Positions 28,942-37,537 of a DNA stretch of 64,000 nt are shown here, in pieces. The DNA is from Candidatus Aenigmatarchaeota archaeon (GTDB lineage: Archaea > Aenigmatarchaeota > Aenigmatarchaeia > CG10238-14 > SCSR01). The position numbers and the translations under genes were made by a program. The stretch is taken from assembly GCA_016181005.1 (NCBI GenBank), contig JACPAE010000004.1, positions 78,646 through 142,645 on the forward strand, in the 5' to 3' direction. How positions within the stretch are numbered: position 1 is the stretch's first letter; every line of letters starts with the position of its first letter. Below the pieces are notes generated by a model that was not told where the DNA came from, did not search any database, and worked only from the letters and a program-made list of their open reading frames with translations.

Positions 28942-29190
28942 TTATTTACCTGTAACGGCGGCAATTGCTTTGTCCTTTGCTGGAATTCCAGTAAACTTGA
29001 CCTTACCATCTACAATTATTGTAGGCACGGACATTATCGAATATTTTGCAACCAGTTTCTGCCCCTCTTGGGACATCGCATCTATCTCCTCATAGTCAAA
29101 TTTGTGGTTCTTCTTCAATTCTTTAAACAGCGCCTTTGAAGCCGGGCAATATATGCAGGTCTTGGTATATACCAACTGAACTTTAACCAT
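28942..29190 (-). CDS. Thioredoxin/glutaredoxin-like protein
   Basis: CIYC and SVPT. Confidence 0.85.
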   Translation of the reverse strand: MVKVQLVYTKTCIYCPASKALFKELKKNHKFDYEEIDAMSQEGQKLVAKYSIMSVPTIIVDGKVKFTGIPAKDKAIAAVTGK

Positions 29191-29245
29191 TTCAACATCC
29201 CTCTTCATAAGCAAAATATTAATTGTCTTTGGTTATTTAAACATT

Positions 29246-29416
29246 TTAACTTGTTTTCGGGAAATGAATAGCATTCTTTGTTATCTGCAGATTACAGCTT
29301 TTATGTTTAGAGCACCAATCTTGGCAGGCTTTGGCTGTAGACTCATCTTTGTAACCAAAACCGCAAATTTCGCATTTGTAAATATTCCTTCCTTTGATTG
29401 TGGTTTTTTCCACCAT
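29246..29416 (-). CDS. Small Cys-rich protein
   Basis: YKCEICGFGY...ACQDWC...SC. Confidence 0.7.
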   Translation of the reverse strand: MVEKTTIKGRNIYKCEICGFGYKDESTAKACQDWCSKHKSCNLQITKNAIHFPKTS

Positions 29417-29793
29417 TATTTTGCACTTCCTTTTGATAATTTTGTACTTTGGGCTAAGCAAGCTTCGCTCCTTTCCAAAATTCTATCTATCTCATCTTTC
29501 AATTTTTCTTTTGGCATATATCCTATAGCTTCACCAATAACTTGACCTTTGCAAAACACCTTAATTGTTGGCGTACTCATAATGCCATATTTTTCTGCTA
29601 GATTGGAATTCTCATGGGATTCCAAGATATTTAGTTTAACGAATTTTGCTTTATTTTTATACTCCTTTGAAAGCGTTTCATATAACGGTGCTAATGCTTT
29701 ACACCAAACACATTGATTATGCCAAAAATCAACTACTACAGGGAGTTCTGCTGCAAGCACTTCTTTATTCCAATTTTTTCCATTCACATCCAT
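29416..29793 (-). CDS. trxA: Thioredoxin
   Basis: VVDFW..QCVWC, STPT. Confidence 0.85.
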   Translation of the reverse strand: MDVNGKNWNKEVLAAELPVVVDFWHNQCVWCKALAPLYETLSKEYKNKAKFVKLNILESHENSNLAEKYGIMSTPTIKVFCKGQVIGEAIGYMPKEKLKDEIDRILERSEACLAQSTKLSKGSAK

Positions 29794-30113
29794 TATTTCA
29801 CCTCCTTTTCTATTACACCGCATTTAACAAGATGATCGTGATATTTTTCAACATGCCTGTTTATCGCTTCCAATATAGGCGAAACAGTAGATTTATTTAT
29901 CGAATACATCCGTTTCTTACCTAATTTTTTAGATGTTACAAACCCACAATCTATAAGGCATTTTAGATTATGCGAAACTCTACTCTGTTCAAGATCAAGC
30001 TTTCTATGTATTTCCGATACAGACAAAGACCGCTTTCTAAGAAGTTCTATTATATCCAGCCTTGTCTCTGAACCAAAAGCTTTAACAAACAACTTATATG
30101 AATTACCTTTCAT
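29793..30113 (-). CDS. ArsR/SmtB family regulator
   Basis: QSRVSHNLKCLIDCGFV winged-HTH. Confidence 0.88.
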   Translation of the reverse strand: MKGNSYKLFVKAFGSETRLDIIELLRKRSLSVSEIHRKLDLEQSRVSHNLKCLIDCGFVTSKKLGKKRMYSINKSTVSPILEAINRHVEKYHDHLVKCGVIEKEVK

Positions 30114-30131
30114 ATGAATTATATATCATAT
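30112..30131. promoter_or_regulatory. Putative ArsR operator ATATGA-N8-TCATAT
   Basis: Inverted repeat between TATA box and start codon; same 20-bp geometry at 57709-57728. Confidence 0.55.
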
Positions 30132-30160
30132 TAAGTATTTAAAGCTTACTTCTCAGCAAT

Positions 30161-31474
30161 CTAAGCACAGACTTCTTTAATCGAATCTTCTAAAATATCC
30201 AAACCTAAATCAGCTTGCTCTTTCGTCAAAATCAATGGCGGGCATATCCTGATTGTGCTGACTCCTGCAGGAAGCATCAAAAGACCCTTTTCACTTGATT
30301 TGCACAGGATATCACTTCTCTCCTCGATGCCATATTCTTTCGTCGACTTGCTTTTCACAATTTCCACACCAATCATCATCCCAATACCTCTCACATCGCC
30401 TATAATCTCATACTCATCTTTCATCTCCTCCAGCCTACTAATCATATAACTCCCAACCTTCTTTGCATTCTCACCAAGCTTCTTCTGCCTCATAAATTTC
30501 AAAGTCGCAAGTCCAGCCGCACATGCCAACAAATTCCCTCCGAAGGTGTTCGCGTGGCTTCCTGCAATCCAGTCCATTGTCTTCTCGTTGGCCACTGTTG
30601 CCCCAAGAGGGACGCCTCCACCAATGGCTTTGCTTAATGCAACGATGTCTGCCTTGACGTCAAAGTTTTCAATGGCCAAAAACTTCCCAGTCCTGTAGCA
30701 ACCAGCCTGAACCTCATCATCGCATAGTAGTACACCATGATCGTCACAAAGCTCTCTGACGCCCTTGACGAAATCTTTCGGCGGCACTAGGTATCCGCCT
30801 TCACCGGAAACAGGCTCGAGAAAAACAGCAGCTACATCTTTATCACACTCGCCCATTTTCTCTTCAAGAACCTCAAGGTAAAGATTGACACAGCCATCGT
30901 GCTCTTTGTTCTTGAAAGGGCAGCGGTAACAGTATGGGTACAAAGCATGCTTTACCGGTAGAAAAGGCCAAAACCTCTCTCTCTGAACCGGCCTAGAATT
31001 TGTCAATGATAAACTACCCATCGTCCGCCCGTGAAAAGACGGCTTGAATGCAATGGCCCATTTTTTGTTCGTATGCCATCGAGCAAGTTTGTAAGCGGCT
31101 TCTACGGCCTCGGTTCCAGAATTGGATAAAAATGCTTTATTCAAGTGCTTAGGGAGGAATGTCAACAAATATTCAACAAACTTTACTGGCAGTTCGGCAT
31201 AAAAATCGGAAAACCCGACATGTACAGCATTCCTTATCTGCCGGCGGACAGCCTTCTCTATTACAGGATTCGTATGTCCTATATTCATCACAGCCACACC
31301 AGCTGCAAAATCCAGATACTTCCTGTTGTCAACATCCCATAAATAGCAACCCTTGCCTTTTTTGAGTACAAACGAGTACTCCCGCGTTAAAGAAGGCGAT
31401 ATGACTTTATTGTCGCGCCCTACAACCTTGAGAGACTTTGGTCCAGGCTTTCTGCACACGAACTTGGGTTTCAT
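30161..31474 (-). CDS. Class III PLP aminotransferase (ornithine aminotransferase-like)
   Basis: SGTEAVE, FHGRT, DEVQAG, LSKAIGGG, NTFGGN. Confidence 0.88.
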   Translation of the reverse strand: MKPKFVCRKPGPKSLKVVGRDNKVISPSLTREYSFVLKKGKGCYLWDVDNRKYLDFAAGVAVMNIGHTNPVIEKAVRRQIRNAVHVGFSDFYAELPVKFVEYLLTFLPKHLNKAFLSNSGTEAVEAAYKLARWHTNKKWAIAFKPSFHGRTMGSLSLTNSRPVQRERFWPFLPVKHALYPYCYRCPFKNKEHDGCVNLYLEVLEEKMGECDKDVAAVFLEPVSGEGGYLVPPKDFVKGVRELCDDHGVLLCDDEVQAGCYRTGKFLAIENFDVKADIVALSKAIGGGVPLGATVANEKTMDWIAGSHANTFGGNLLACAAGLATLKFMRQKKLGENAKKVGSYMISRLEEMKDEYEIIGDVRGIGMMIGVEIVKSKSTKEYGIEERSDILCKSSEKGLLMLPAGVSTIRICPPLILTKEQADLGLDILEDSIKEVCA

Positions 31475-31512
31475 ATAATTTAATTACTGGTTTACAAATA
31501 ATTATAGTGGAT

Positions 31513-32532
31513 ATGGAACTGCTCAAGAAGCTGGTAGAGGCCTACGGCGTCAGCGGCAACGAAGGCGAGGTCAGGGAGCTGATCAAAAATGAAATTTCAA
31601 AGTGCGTCGATGAGGTGCATACGGACAAGCTAGGCAATTTAGTTGCACATAAAAAAGGAAAATTGCCACGGGTCATGCTTGCAGCCCACATGGACGAAAT
31701 AGGGCTTATCATTAAAAGAATAAATGAGAGGGGCAAGATTGTTTTCTCCACCGTAGGCGGGATTGAAGTCTCTGCTTTGATCGGGCAGAAAGTTTCCATT
31801 CAAACAAACAAAAAAAACCAGCTTTTAGGAGTTATAACATTGGACCAAATGTCATCCGGAGATTCGATTAAGGAGCTGCCAAGAGTCACTGATTTGTACA
31901 TAGATACTGGATTGGACAGGGAGCAGCTGGCAGAACTGGGAGTCGAGATTGGGAACTATGTCTACTTTTATGACTCGAGATATAGTCTTGCAACAAATGA
32001 ATTTATAATTGGCAAATCCTTGGACAACAGGATAGGATGCTATGTCCTCATCGAGCTCGCCAAGCTTCTGAAAGAGAACAAGAACGAAATTTTTTACGTA
32101 TTCACCGTGCAGGAAGAGATAGGGATGTACGGCGCAAGGACTTCGGCATATACAATAGACCCCTCCTGGGCTATTGCTGTTGACGCGACAACCACGGACG
32201 ACGTCTACGCCACGCCTACAAGATCGCTGAAGGGCGGACCATGCATAACTGTGAAGGACGCCGGCATGCTCGGAAACAAGTGCATAAACGACTGGCTGAG
32301 GGAAATCGCAAAGAAGAGCAACATACCGATTCAGTATGACGTGAGCGAATACGGCGCAACAGACGCCTTGACAATTTCCCTTGCGCGCGGAGGCATACCC
32401 TCGACTACAGTCTCCATACCAGTAAGGAACATCCATACGGCTGTAGGAATGGCGCATGTCAGCGACATAAAGAACACGATAAAGCTTTTGGAATTGCTTT
32501 TGAGAAAGCCGCCGCTGGTTTGCGTAGTTTAA
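31513..32532 (+). CDS. M42 family aminopeptidase
   Basis: AAHMDEIG, LDNRIG, VQEEIG, RNIHT. Confidence 0.9.
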   Translation: MELLKKLVEAYGVSGNEGEVRELIKNEISKCVDEVHTDKLGNLVAHKKGKLPRVMLAAHMDEIGLIIKRINERGKIVFSTVGGIEVSALIGQKVSIQTNKKNQLLGVITLDQMSSGDSIKELPRVTDLYIDTGLDREQLAELGVEIGNYVYFYDSRYSLATNEFIIGKSLDNRIGCYVLIELAKLLKENKNEIFYVFTVQEEIGMYGARTSAYTIDPSWAIAVDATTTDDVYATPTRSLKGGPCITVKDAGMLGNKCINDWLREIAKKSNIPIQYDVSEYGATDALTISLARGGIPSTTVSIPVRNIHTAVGMAHVSDIKNTIKLLELLLRKPPLVCVV

Positions 32533-33794
32533 AATTTCTTGAAATAAACCCAGTAAAATACCAATCCTGCCAGCAGCAGTGCAATGCCATATAAGGCAAT
32601 TTCAAACGTGATACTCATCAGCAAAATCGCCGAAGTTATAACACCCAGCAATGGTAAAACTGGGAACTTGCCTATGCTGATAGGAACTTTGAATTCGCGC
32701 TTCATCTTAGGTTTGGTATACCTCAGCTTAATTACAGTAAGGTTGACAATTACGAAAGCTATGAAGATAAGGAAATCTGTAAGGTAGCCTACAGTTTCTA
32801 TACCACCAAGAAAGATAAAAGCAACAGAAATTAAACCCACAATGGCAATTGAAAAGCCTGGTGTTCTTGTTTTATAATTGACATTTGCCAAAAGTCTTGG
32901 CAGCGAACCTTCTGCAGCCATGCCGTATGCAATTCTAGACGCAGACAGAAGAACCAGCAGCACAGTATTGAAAGTTGCAAATAATGCCACTATCGAAAGC
33001 ACGAAGGAGCTCTCCTTTCCAAGAGCACTTCCCATGACATCGGCCAATGGAGAGTTCGATTGTGCAAGCTTGTCAGCACCAATGACGCTGATTGCAGAAA
33101 TTGAAACCAGAACATAAATTACAGTGCTGATAATAATCGCCAAAAGCAGTGCCTTCGGCATAATCTTCTTGGTTCCTTTTGTCTCCTCGGAGAGCCTGAC
33201 CATTTCTTCAAAGCCGATGAATGCAAAGAAGATCAACGCGGCTGCACTAAAGACGCTTGGAAGTGAGTTCACCTCAAAATAATCCACCGATCCGAAGTAA
33301 GGCAGCCCTATAATAATTATCATTAGCAGCCCCAATGACTCGATGATGCTGAAAATTATGGCTAATGTGACCGACTGTTTTATCCCCCAAAAGTTTATTG
33401 CGGAAACCGCGAGAATTACAAAAACTGCAGTCAATGCGATAGGAGTTTTCACTAAAGCATTGAGATAGCCTGCAAACCCCAGCGCAACTGTTGAACCAGC
33501 AATTATTGCGGCGAAAATAAGTATCCAGCCCGTGAACCAAGCAATTTTTTTGCCAAAGCTTGCTCTAGTGTAGACATATTCGGCACCTGCTTTGGGAAAC
33601 ATGCATGACAGTTCGGCATAGCTTAGCCCTGTGAATGCAGCGACAACAGCGGCAAGAAAGAATGAAAGCCACACGGCATTCCCAGCTATCCCGGCAGCTT
33701 TACCAATAAGGACGTAAATTCCGGCACCTAATATGATGCCTATGCCAACTAGCGTCAGCTCAAACAAACCAAGTACCCTTCTAAGTTTGGCCAT
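32529..33794 (-). CDS. APC family amino acid permease
   Basis: GIILGAGIY, YAEL..FP.AG, AFIGFE; about 12 TM segments. Confidence 0.9.
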   Translation of the reverse strand: MAKLRRVLGLFELTLVGIGIILGAGIYVLIGKAAGIAGNAVWLSFFLAAVVAAFTGLSYAELSCMFPKAGAEYVYTRASFGKKIAWFTGWILIFAAIIAGSTVALGFAGYLNALVKTPIALTAVFVILAVSAINFWGIKQSVTLAIIFSIIESLGLLMIIIIGLPYFGSVDYFEVNSLPSVFSAAALIFFAFIGFEEMVRLSEETKGTKKIMPKALLLAIIISTVIYVLVSISAISVIGADKLAQSNSPLADVMGSALGKESSFVLSIVALFATFNTVLLVLLSASRIAYGMAAEGSLPRLLANVNYKTRTPGFSIAIVGLISVAFIFLGGIETVGYLTDFLIFIAFVIVNLTVIKLRYTKPKMKREFKVPISIGKFPVLPLLGVITSAILLMSITFEIALYGIALLLAGLVFYWVYFKKF

Positions 33795-33833
33795 CCATTA
33801 TAGATTAATTCAAGAAAAGATAAAGTTTGATTA

Positions 33834-35150
33834 ATGAAACCTATTAGAACACTCATCATGGGAGCAGCTGGCAGGGACTTCCATAACTTCAACATGGTTT
33901 TCAGAGATAATCCAAAGTACAAAGTTGTTGCTTTCACTGCCACACAAATTCCTGATATTGCGAACAGAAGTTATCCAAATGAATTATCCGGAAAGTTGTA
34001 TCCCAAAGGAATCCCAATATATCCGGAAATAGTTTTAGCCGATTTAATTAAGAAATTAAAGGTCGATTTAGTCGTTTTCGCTTACAGCGATGTTAACCAT
34101 GAGTATGTGATGCACAAGGCTTCGATTGCTTTAGCAAACGGCGCTGATTTTGTTTTACTTGGGCCAAATTCAACAATGCTGAACTCTTCCAAGCCTGTAA
34201 TTTCCGTCACTGCAGTAAGAACTGGTGCTGGCAAAAGTCAGACGTCTAGAGCGATAGCAGAAATTCTTAGAAAACATGGTAAGAAAGTTGTAGCCATTAG
34301 GCACGGGATGCCTTACGGAAATCTCTTAAAACAAAAATGTCAATGGTTTGCAAGTGCGGAAGACTTTAAAAAACATGACACAACAATAGAAGAAGAAGAG
34401 GAGTATCAGCCTTGGATTGATCATGGATTTGTTGTGTATGCTGGTGTGGATTATGGAGAGATATTAAGAGAAGCAGAAAATGAGTCGGATGTCATCATTT
34501 TCGATGGTGGAAATAACGACTGGGGATTTATCAAATCTGATTTGTACATAGTGGTTGCCGATCCACATAGACCGGGTCATGAATTAACTTATTATCCAGG
34601 ATTTGTTAATTTCTTGTCAGCAGATGTAATTGTTATTAATAAAATCGACAGTGCCAAGAAAGAAAATATAGAAATTGTTAGACAACATGCAAAGCAATAC
34701 AATCCGAAAGCAAAGATTATTTTGGCAAAATCACCAGTAACAGTTGACAAACCTGAACTGATTAGAAATAAGCGTGTAATTTTAACTGAAGATGGGCCTT
34801 CTCTTACCCATGGTGGTATGCCTTATGGCGCAGGATCCATTGTTGCAAAGAGATATAAATGTAAAGTGGTTAATGCCCAAAAATATGCTGTCGGCTCTAT
34901 CAAAAAAGTTTACAAAAAATATCCGCATTTAAAGAACGAACTGCCGGCTATGGGATACAGTAGCAAACAAATCAAAGAGTTGGAAAAAACAATAAATTCA
35001 GCAAAATGTGACGCTGTTATCGATGCTACTCCTGCTAATCTTTCACGAATCTTAAAAATCAATAAACCAATCGCCAATGTAACCTACGAAATGGGAAAAG
35101 AAGCTGTTAAAAGTTTGGAAGCAATATTGAAAAAAACAAAGTTTATTTAA
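33834..35150 (+). CDS. CPGS-like P-loop ligase, probable arginine synthetase (ArcE-like)
   Basis: GAAGRDFHNFN, RTGAGKS, DGGNND motifs; upstream of carbamate kinase and OTC. Confidence 0.7.
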   Translation: MKPIRTLIMGAAGRDFHNFNMVFRDNPKYKVVAFTATQIPDIANRSYPNELSGKLYPKGIPIYPEIVLADLIKKLKVDLVVFAYSDVNHEYVMHKASIALANGADFVLLGPNSTMLNSSKPVISVTAVRTGAGKSQTSRAIAEILRKHGKKVVAIRHGMPYGNLLKQKCQWFASAEDFKKHDTTIEEEEEYQPWIDHGFVVYAGVDYGEILREAENESDVIIFDGGNNDWGFIKSDLYIVVADPHRPGHELTYYPGFVNFLSADVIVINKIDSAKKENIEIVRQHAKQYNPKAKIILAKSPVTVDKPELIRNKRVILTEDGPSLTHGGMPYGAGSIVAKRYKCKVVNAQKYAVGSIKKVYKKYPHLKNELPAMGYSSKQIKELEKTINSAKCDAVIDATPANLSRILKINKPIANVTYEMGKEAVKSLEAILKKTKFI

Positions 35151-36373
35151 TTATTGAATTTTCTGAATAAATGATTTATCGAATTTGGTGTCACACCTAT
35201 TTTAAAATTATCAAACACGTATTCACTAACATTACCACCAGACACGCCCCTTTTCTTTAAATACATAATCATTTCTTTCACTTTCATATCAATCTCCTCT
35301 ATGCTTTTATAATTTTCGATCATACTAACTAACTTTTTGAGTTTGTTTTTTCTTCCTTTTGCGTATTTGAAAATAGATATTTTTTCGGCAGTCAAAATAC
35401 TTTTCCTATTATGGATGCTAACAGCATCACCATCTAAATAAGCATCTATATTCAATTTTCTCAGAAGCTTGATAATAAACTGTTGGTTTGGTTCACATGA
35501 TAGTTCTATTCTCCAAAAATTATGTGTGCTACCATCCCCATCATAAAGTCCTTGTAAAAACGGTATAATAAAACTTTTTGGACATGAGAAAATCCATTTC
35601 ATTTTAACTTTATCGTATGTGGTTCTTTCATTAATATCAAGACCCAATAGAGATTGAAGTAAATAGCGAATAAAGGGTGATTTTTCGGTTATCCATCTAT
35701 ATTCACCATAAGGAGCTCTTTCTCTATAGTCAACATGATCTTTGATTCTATGAGCAGTTATTCCTAGTGTAATGAAATATTTACATACATTATCACCAAT
35801 ATCCAAATCCCAATCATATCTTCTTGTCAGCGAAATTAAACATTGATTAGAAAATCTATATCCAAGAGGTTTCGAAGTATCACTGACCATCATACCCAAA
35901 ATATACGCCAATGCCTTTTCTTTTAGACCCACGTTTTTATTACGGTTTCCTAACTGTTTTAGTATGAAAATGATTTCATCGTAAAACTTTATTTCCATCG
36001 GTACTTTAATAAAATCAAAGTACGCATGGCCTCCCTTTTTAGAATGAAGGGGCAATAGCTTGTGTCTTATGTTTAGTCTACAGTTAGGTATTGAAGAAGC
36101 AAGAACATACAGATAAGGTTTAGACTTATTGAGATATCTATTAACACAATTTCTAGGTAGTTTGAGCCTTTTTTCTATTGAGATATAAGTGAATCCTTTC
36201 TTTCGTAGTTTATTTACTAGGAAATAATTTTTACATCTTTTCATATGAATTGCATAAAACTCCCCAGAGGTAAGATCACTGTAAAAATAAAGATTCTTCA
36301 ATCTTCTTTCGACATCTTCCCACGAGTTAAACTTGTTCATATGAAACACCTTATAACTTCTATCGTATATCAA
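35147..36373 (-). CDS. Free-standing LAGLIDADG-family endonuclease-like protein
   Basis: AYILGMMVSD and FLQGLYDGDG motifs; AT-rich; antisense to the flanking operon. Confidence 0.7.
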   Translation of the reverse strand: MIYDRSYKVFHMNKFNSWEDVERRLKNLYFYSDLTSGEFYAIHMKRCKNYFLVNKLRKKGFTYISIEKRLKLPRNCVNRYLNKSKPYLYVLASSIPNCRLNIRHKLLPLHSKKGGHAYFDFIKVPMEIKFYDEIIFILKQLGNRNKNVGLKEKALAYILGMMVSDTSKPLGYRFSNQCLISLTRRYDWDLDIGDNVCKYFITLGITAHRIKDHVDYRERAPYGEYRWITEKSPFIRYLLQSLLGLDINERTTYDKVKMKWIFSCPKSFIIPFLQGLYDGDGSTHNFWRIELSCEPNQQFIIKLLRKLNIDAYLDGDAVSIHNRKSILTAEKISIFKYAKGRKNKLKKLVSMIENYKSIEEIDMKVKEMIMYLKKRGVSGGNVSEYVFDNFKIGVTPNSINHLFRKFNN

Positions 36374-36447
36374 TTAGTTACGTTACTATATAAAGCTTTC
36401 GGAGGGGTTCATTTCCCACATCATTAACAACATTTAAATCCTTTGCT

Positions 36448-37152
36448 ATGCTCTATTTAACTATGACAACAACCAGCCAGCTATACCTGCCAATAAAAGG
36501 CATGCAATACTCAGTTATACCGGAAGTGTCTCTTCTTGGAAAAGACTTGTGGGAAGCGCAATTATACGCCCAGGATAATGGACTGGTAGTCTTGTCTTCT
36601 CCTGACATAAACAGGCTGGCAAGAGCCGTAAAGGGCGACAATCCAGACAGGCAATTCCTAAGATACGCAAGGGAACAGGCTGAAAAGCAAGGAACTTCAT
36701 TAAACGACAACGACGCAAAAGACGGATATAAACGGCTTCATGACGGATTATGGAAACAATACGTTGCTATAGCAAGGGAAATTCTTGTATGGACAAGAGA
36801 CGCACAACCTATTAATCACCCCATGATTGTTTTGAAAGATATGCCTGTAACGTCCCATCTAATAACGGACTATAGAGTTGAAAAGCAGGGCGACGGCTAT
36901 AGAATAGTCGAAGCTGTTGTAACGTCAGCCAACTGGATGAAAGAGGACGGGGCAATAACTCCTGAAATGGCACAATTGTTAGGCGCCGAACCCAATACAC
37001 ATGTCTGGACAAATCCAAATCCTGATTATGAAAATGGACTGAGGGCTCTCGGGTGGGACTTCAGGGGCCGTGAGAGGCCGTACCTGGTCTCGGACTGGGA
37101 GCCTTGGGACAGGAACTCCTATGGGGGTTCGCTTTTGGGTAGAAGGCTGTAA
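36448..37152 (+). CDS. DGR target protein 1 (C-terminal variable region)
   Basis: Last ~32 codons match the TR; C-terminus GLRALGWDF...DWEPWDR...GGSLLG resembles CLec-type VRs. Confidence 0.92.
   Translation: MLYLTMTTTSQLYLPIKGMQYSVIPEVSLLGKDLWEAQLYAQDNGLVVLSSPDINRLARAVKGDNPDRQFLRYAREQAEKQGTSLNDNDAKDGYKRLHDGLWKQYVAIAREILVWTRDAQPINHPMIVLKDMPVTSHLITDYRVEKQGDGYRIVEAVVTSANWMKEDGAITPEMAQLLGAEPNTHVWTNPNPDYENGLRALGWDFRGRERPYLVSDWEPWDRNSYGGSLLGRRL
37045..37141 (+). repeat. DGR variable repeat (VR)
   Basis: 97 nt; 13 mismatches to the intron-less TR, all at TR adenines (9 A>G, 4 A>T). Confidence 0.95.
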
Positions 37153-37172
37153 GCTGTAAATGAAACATTAAC

Positions 37173-37200
37173 AATTAGATTTATTCTATAAATCATAATT
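37173..37200. other. Hairpin/cruciform downstream of VR
   Basis: AATTA-GATTTAT-tct-ATAAATC-a-TAATT; position typical of DGR target-recognition hairpins. Confidence 0.6.
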
Positions 37201-37243
37201 CTATATTCCTGGGCTATTGCTGGACAATGATGAAGGCAATGTC

Positions 37244-37342
37244 TGGGCTACACGCCTGTCCATAGCGCATTAGGGCTTTTTCCGTTTGGCCATGAAATAC
37301 AGAGGCGACAGATAGTAGCTATGACGGATGACATGACTAGTG
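37244..37342 (+). repeat. ~99-bp DGR leader, copy 1
   Basis: Matches 47347-47444 with 3 substitutions and 1 indel. Confidence 0.92.
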
Positions 37343-37418
37343 CGAAACCTGAAGCTTCAGTGAAAACTTGGTGGATGGGCTAAGATAAGCTCTCAGGTGG
37401 AACTTCAGGGACCGTGAG

Positions 37419-37433
37419 AATATGTATCACGAA
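37419..37433 (+). other. Putative BHB micro-intron 1 in TR
   Basis: Central helix CGTG/CACG, bulges AG|A and AA|A, inner AT/AT, outer GGAC/GGCC with 1 mismatch; excision gives cgtgag|aggccg as in VR. Confidence 0.8.
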
Positions 37434-37474
37434 AGGCCGAACCTGAACTCGAACAGGGAGCCTTGGAACAGGAA

Positions 37475-37489
37475 ATCCAACGACCTGAT
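37475..37489 (+). other. Putative BHB micro-intron 2 in TR
   Basis: Central helix CAGG/CCTG, bulges AA|A and AT|C, inner TC/GA, outer TTGG(A)A/TCCAA; excision gives aggaa|ctcc as in VR. Confidence 0.8.
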
Positions 37490-37537
37490 CTCCAATAGGG
37501 GTTCGCTTTTGAATAACCCAGACCGCCCAGGATTTTT

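Larger units (their letters stand above)
37389..37515 (+). repeat. DGR template repeat (TR) with two 15-nt inserts
   Basis: 127 nt, AAC-rich; equals the 97-nt VR plus inserts 37419-37433 and 37475-37489. Confidence 0.95.
37207..37532 (+). ncRNA. Putative structured DGR template RNA (leader plus TR with paired termini)
   Basis: TCCTGGGC 37207-14 pairs GCCCAGGA 37525-32; GTCTGGG 37241-47 pairs CCCAGAC 37517-23; leader conserved at 47333-47444; no plausible ORF. Confidence 0.7.

Noticed and set aside
37361..37388. Third intron or 3-nt indel at the TR 5' edge (cta aga taa gct versus ctg agg gct)
   Set aside because: No clean BHB fold, and trial excision does not reproduce the VR; probably just the homology boundary
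37419..37493. TR inserts explained only by RT slippage at microhomologies (TCCAA repeat; GAGA/GAAA)
   Set aside because: Not excluded, but less parsimonious: it needs an extra A>C change at junction 2, whereas BHB cut rules reproduce both junctions exactly
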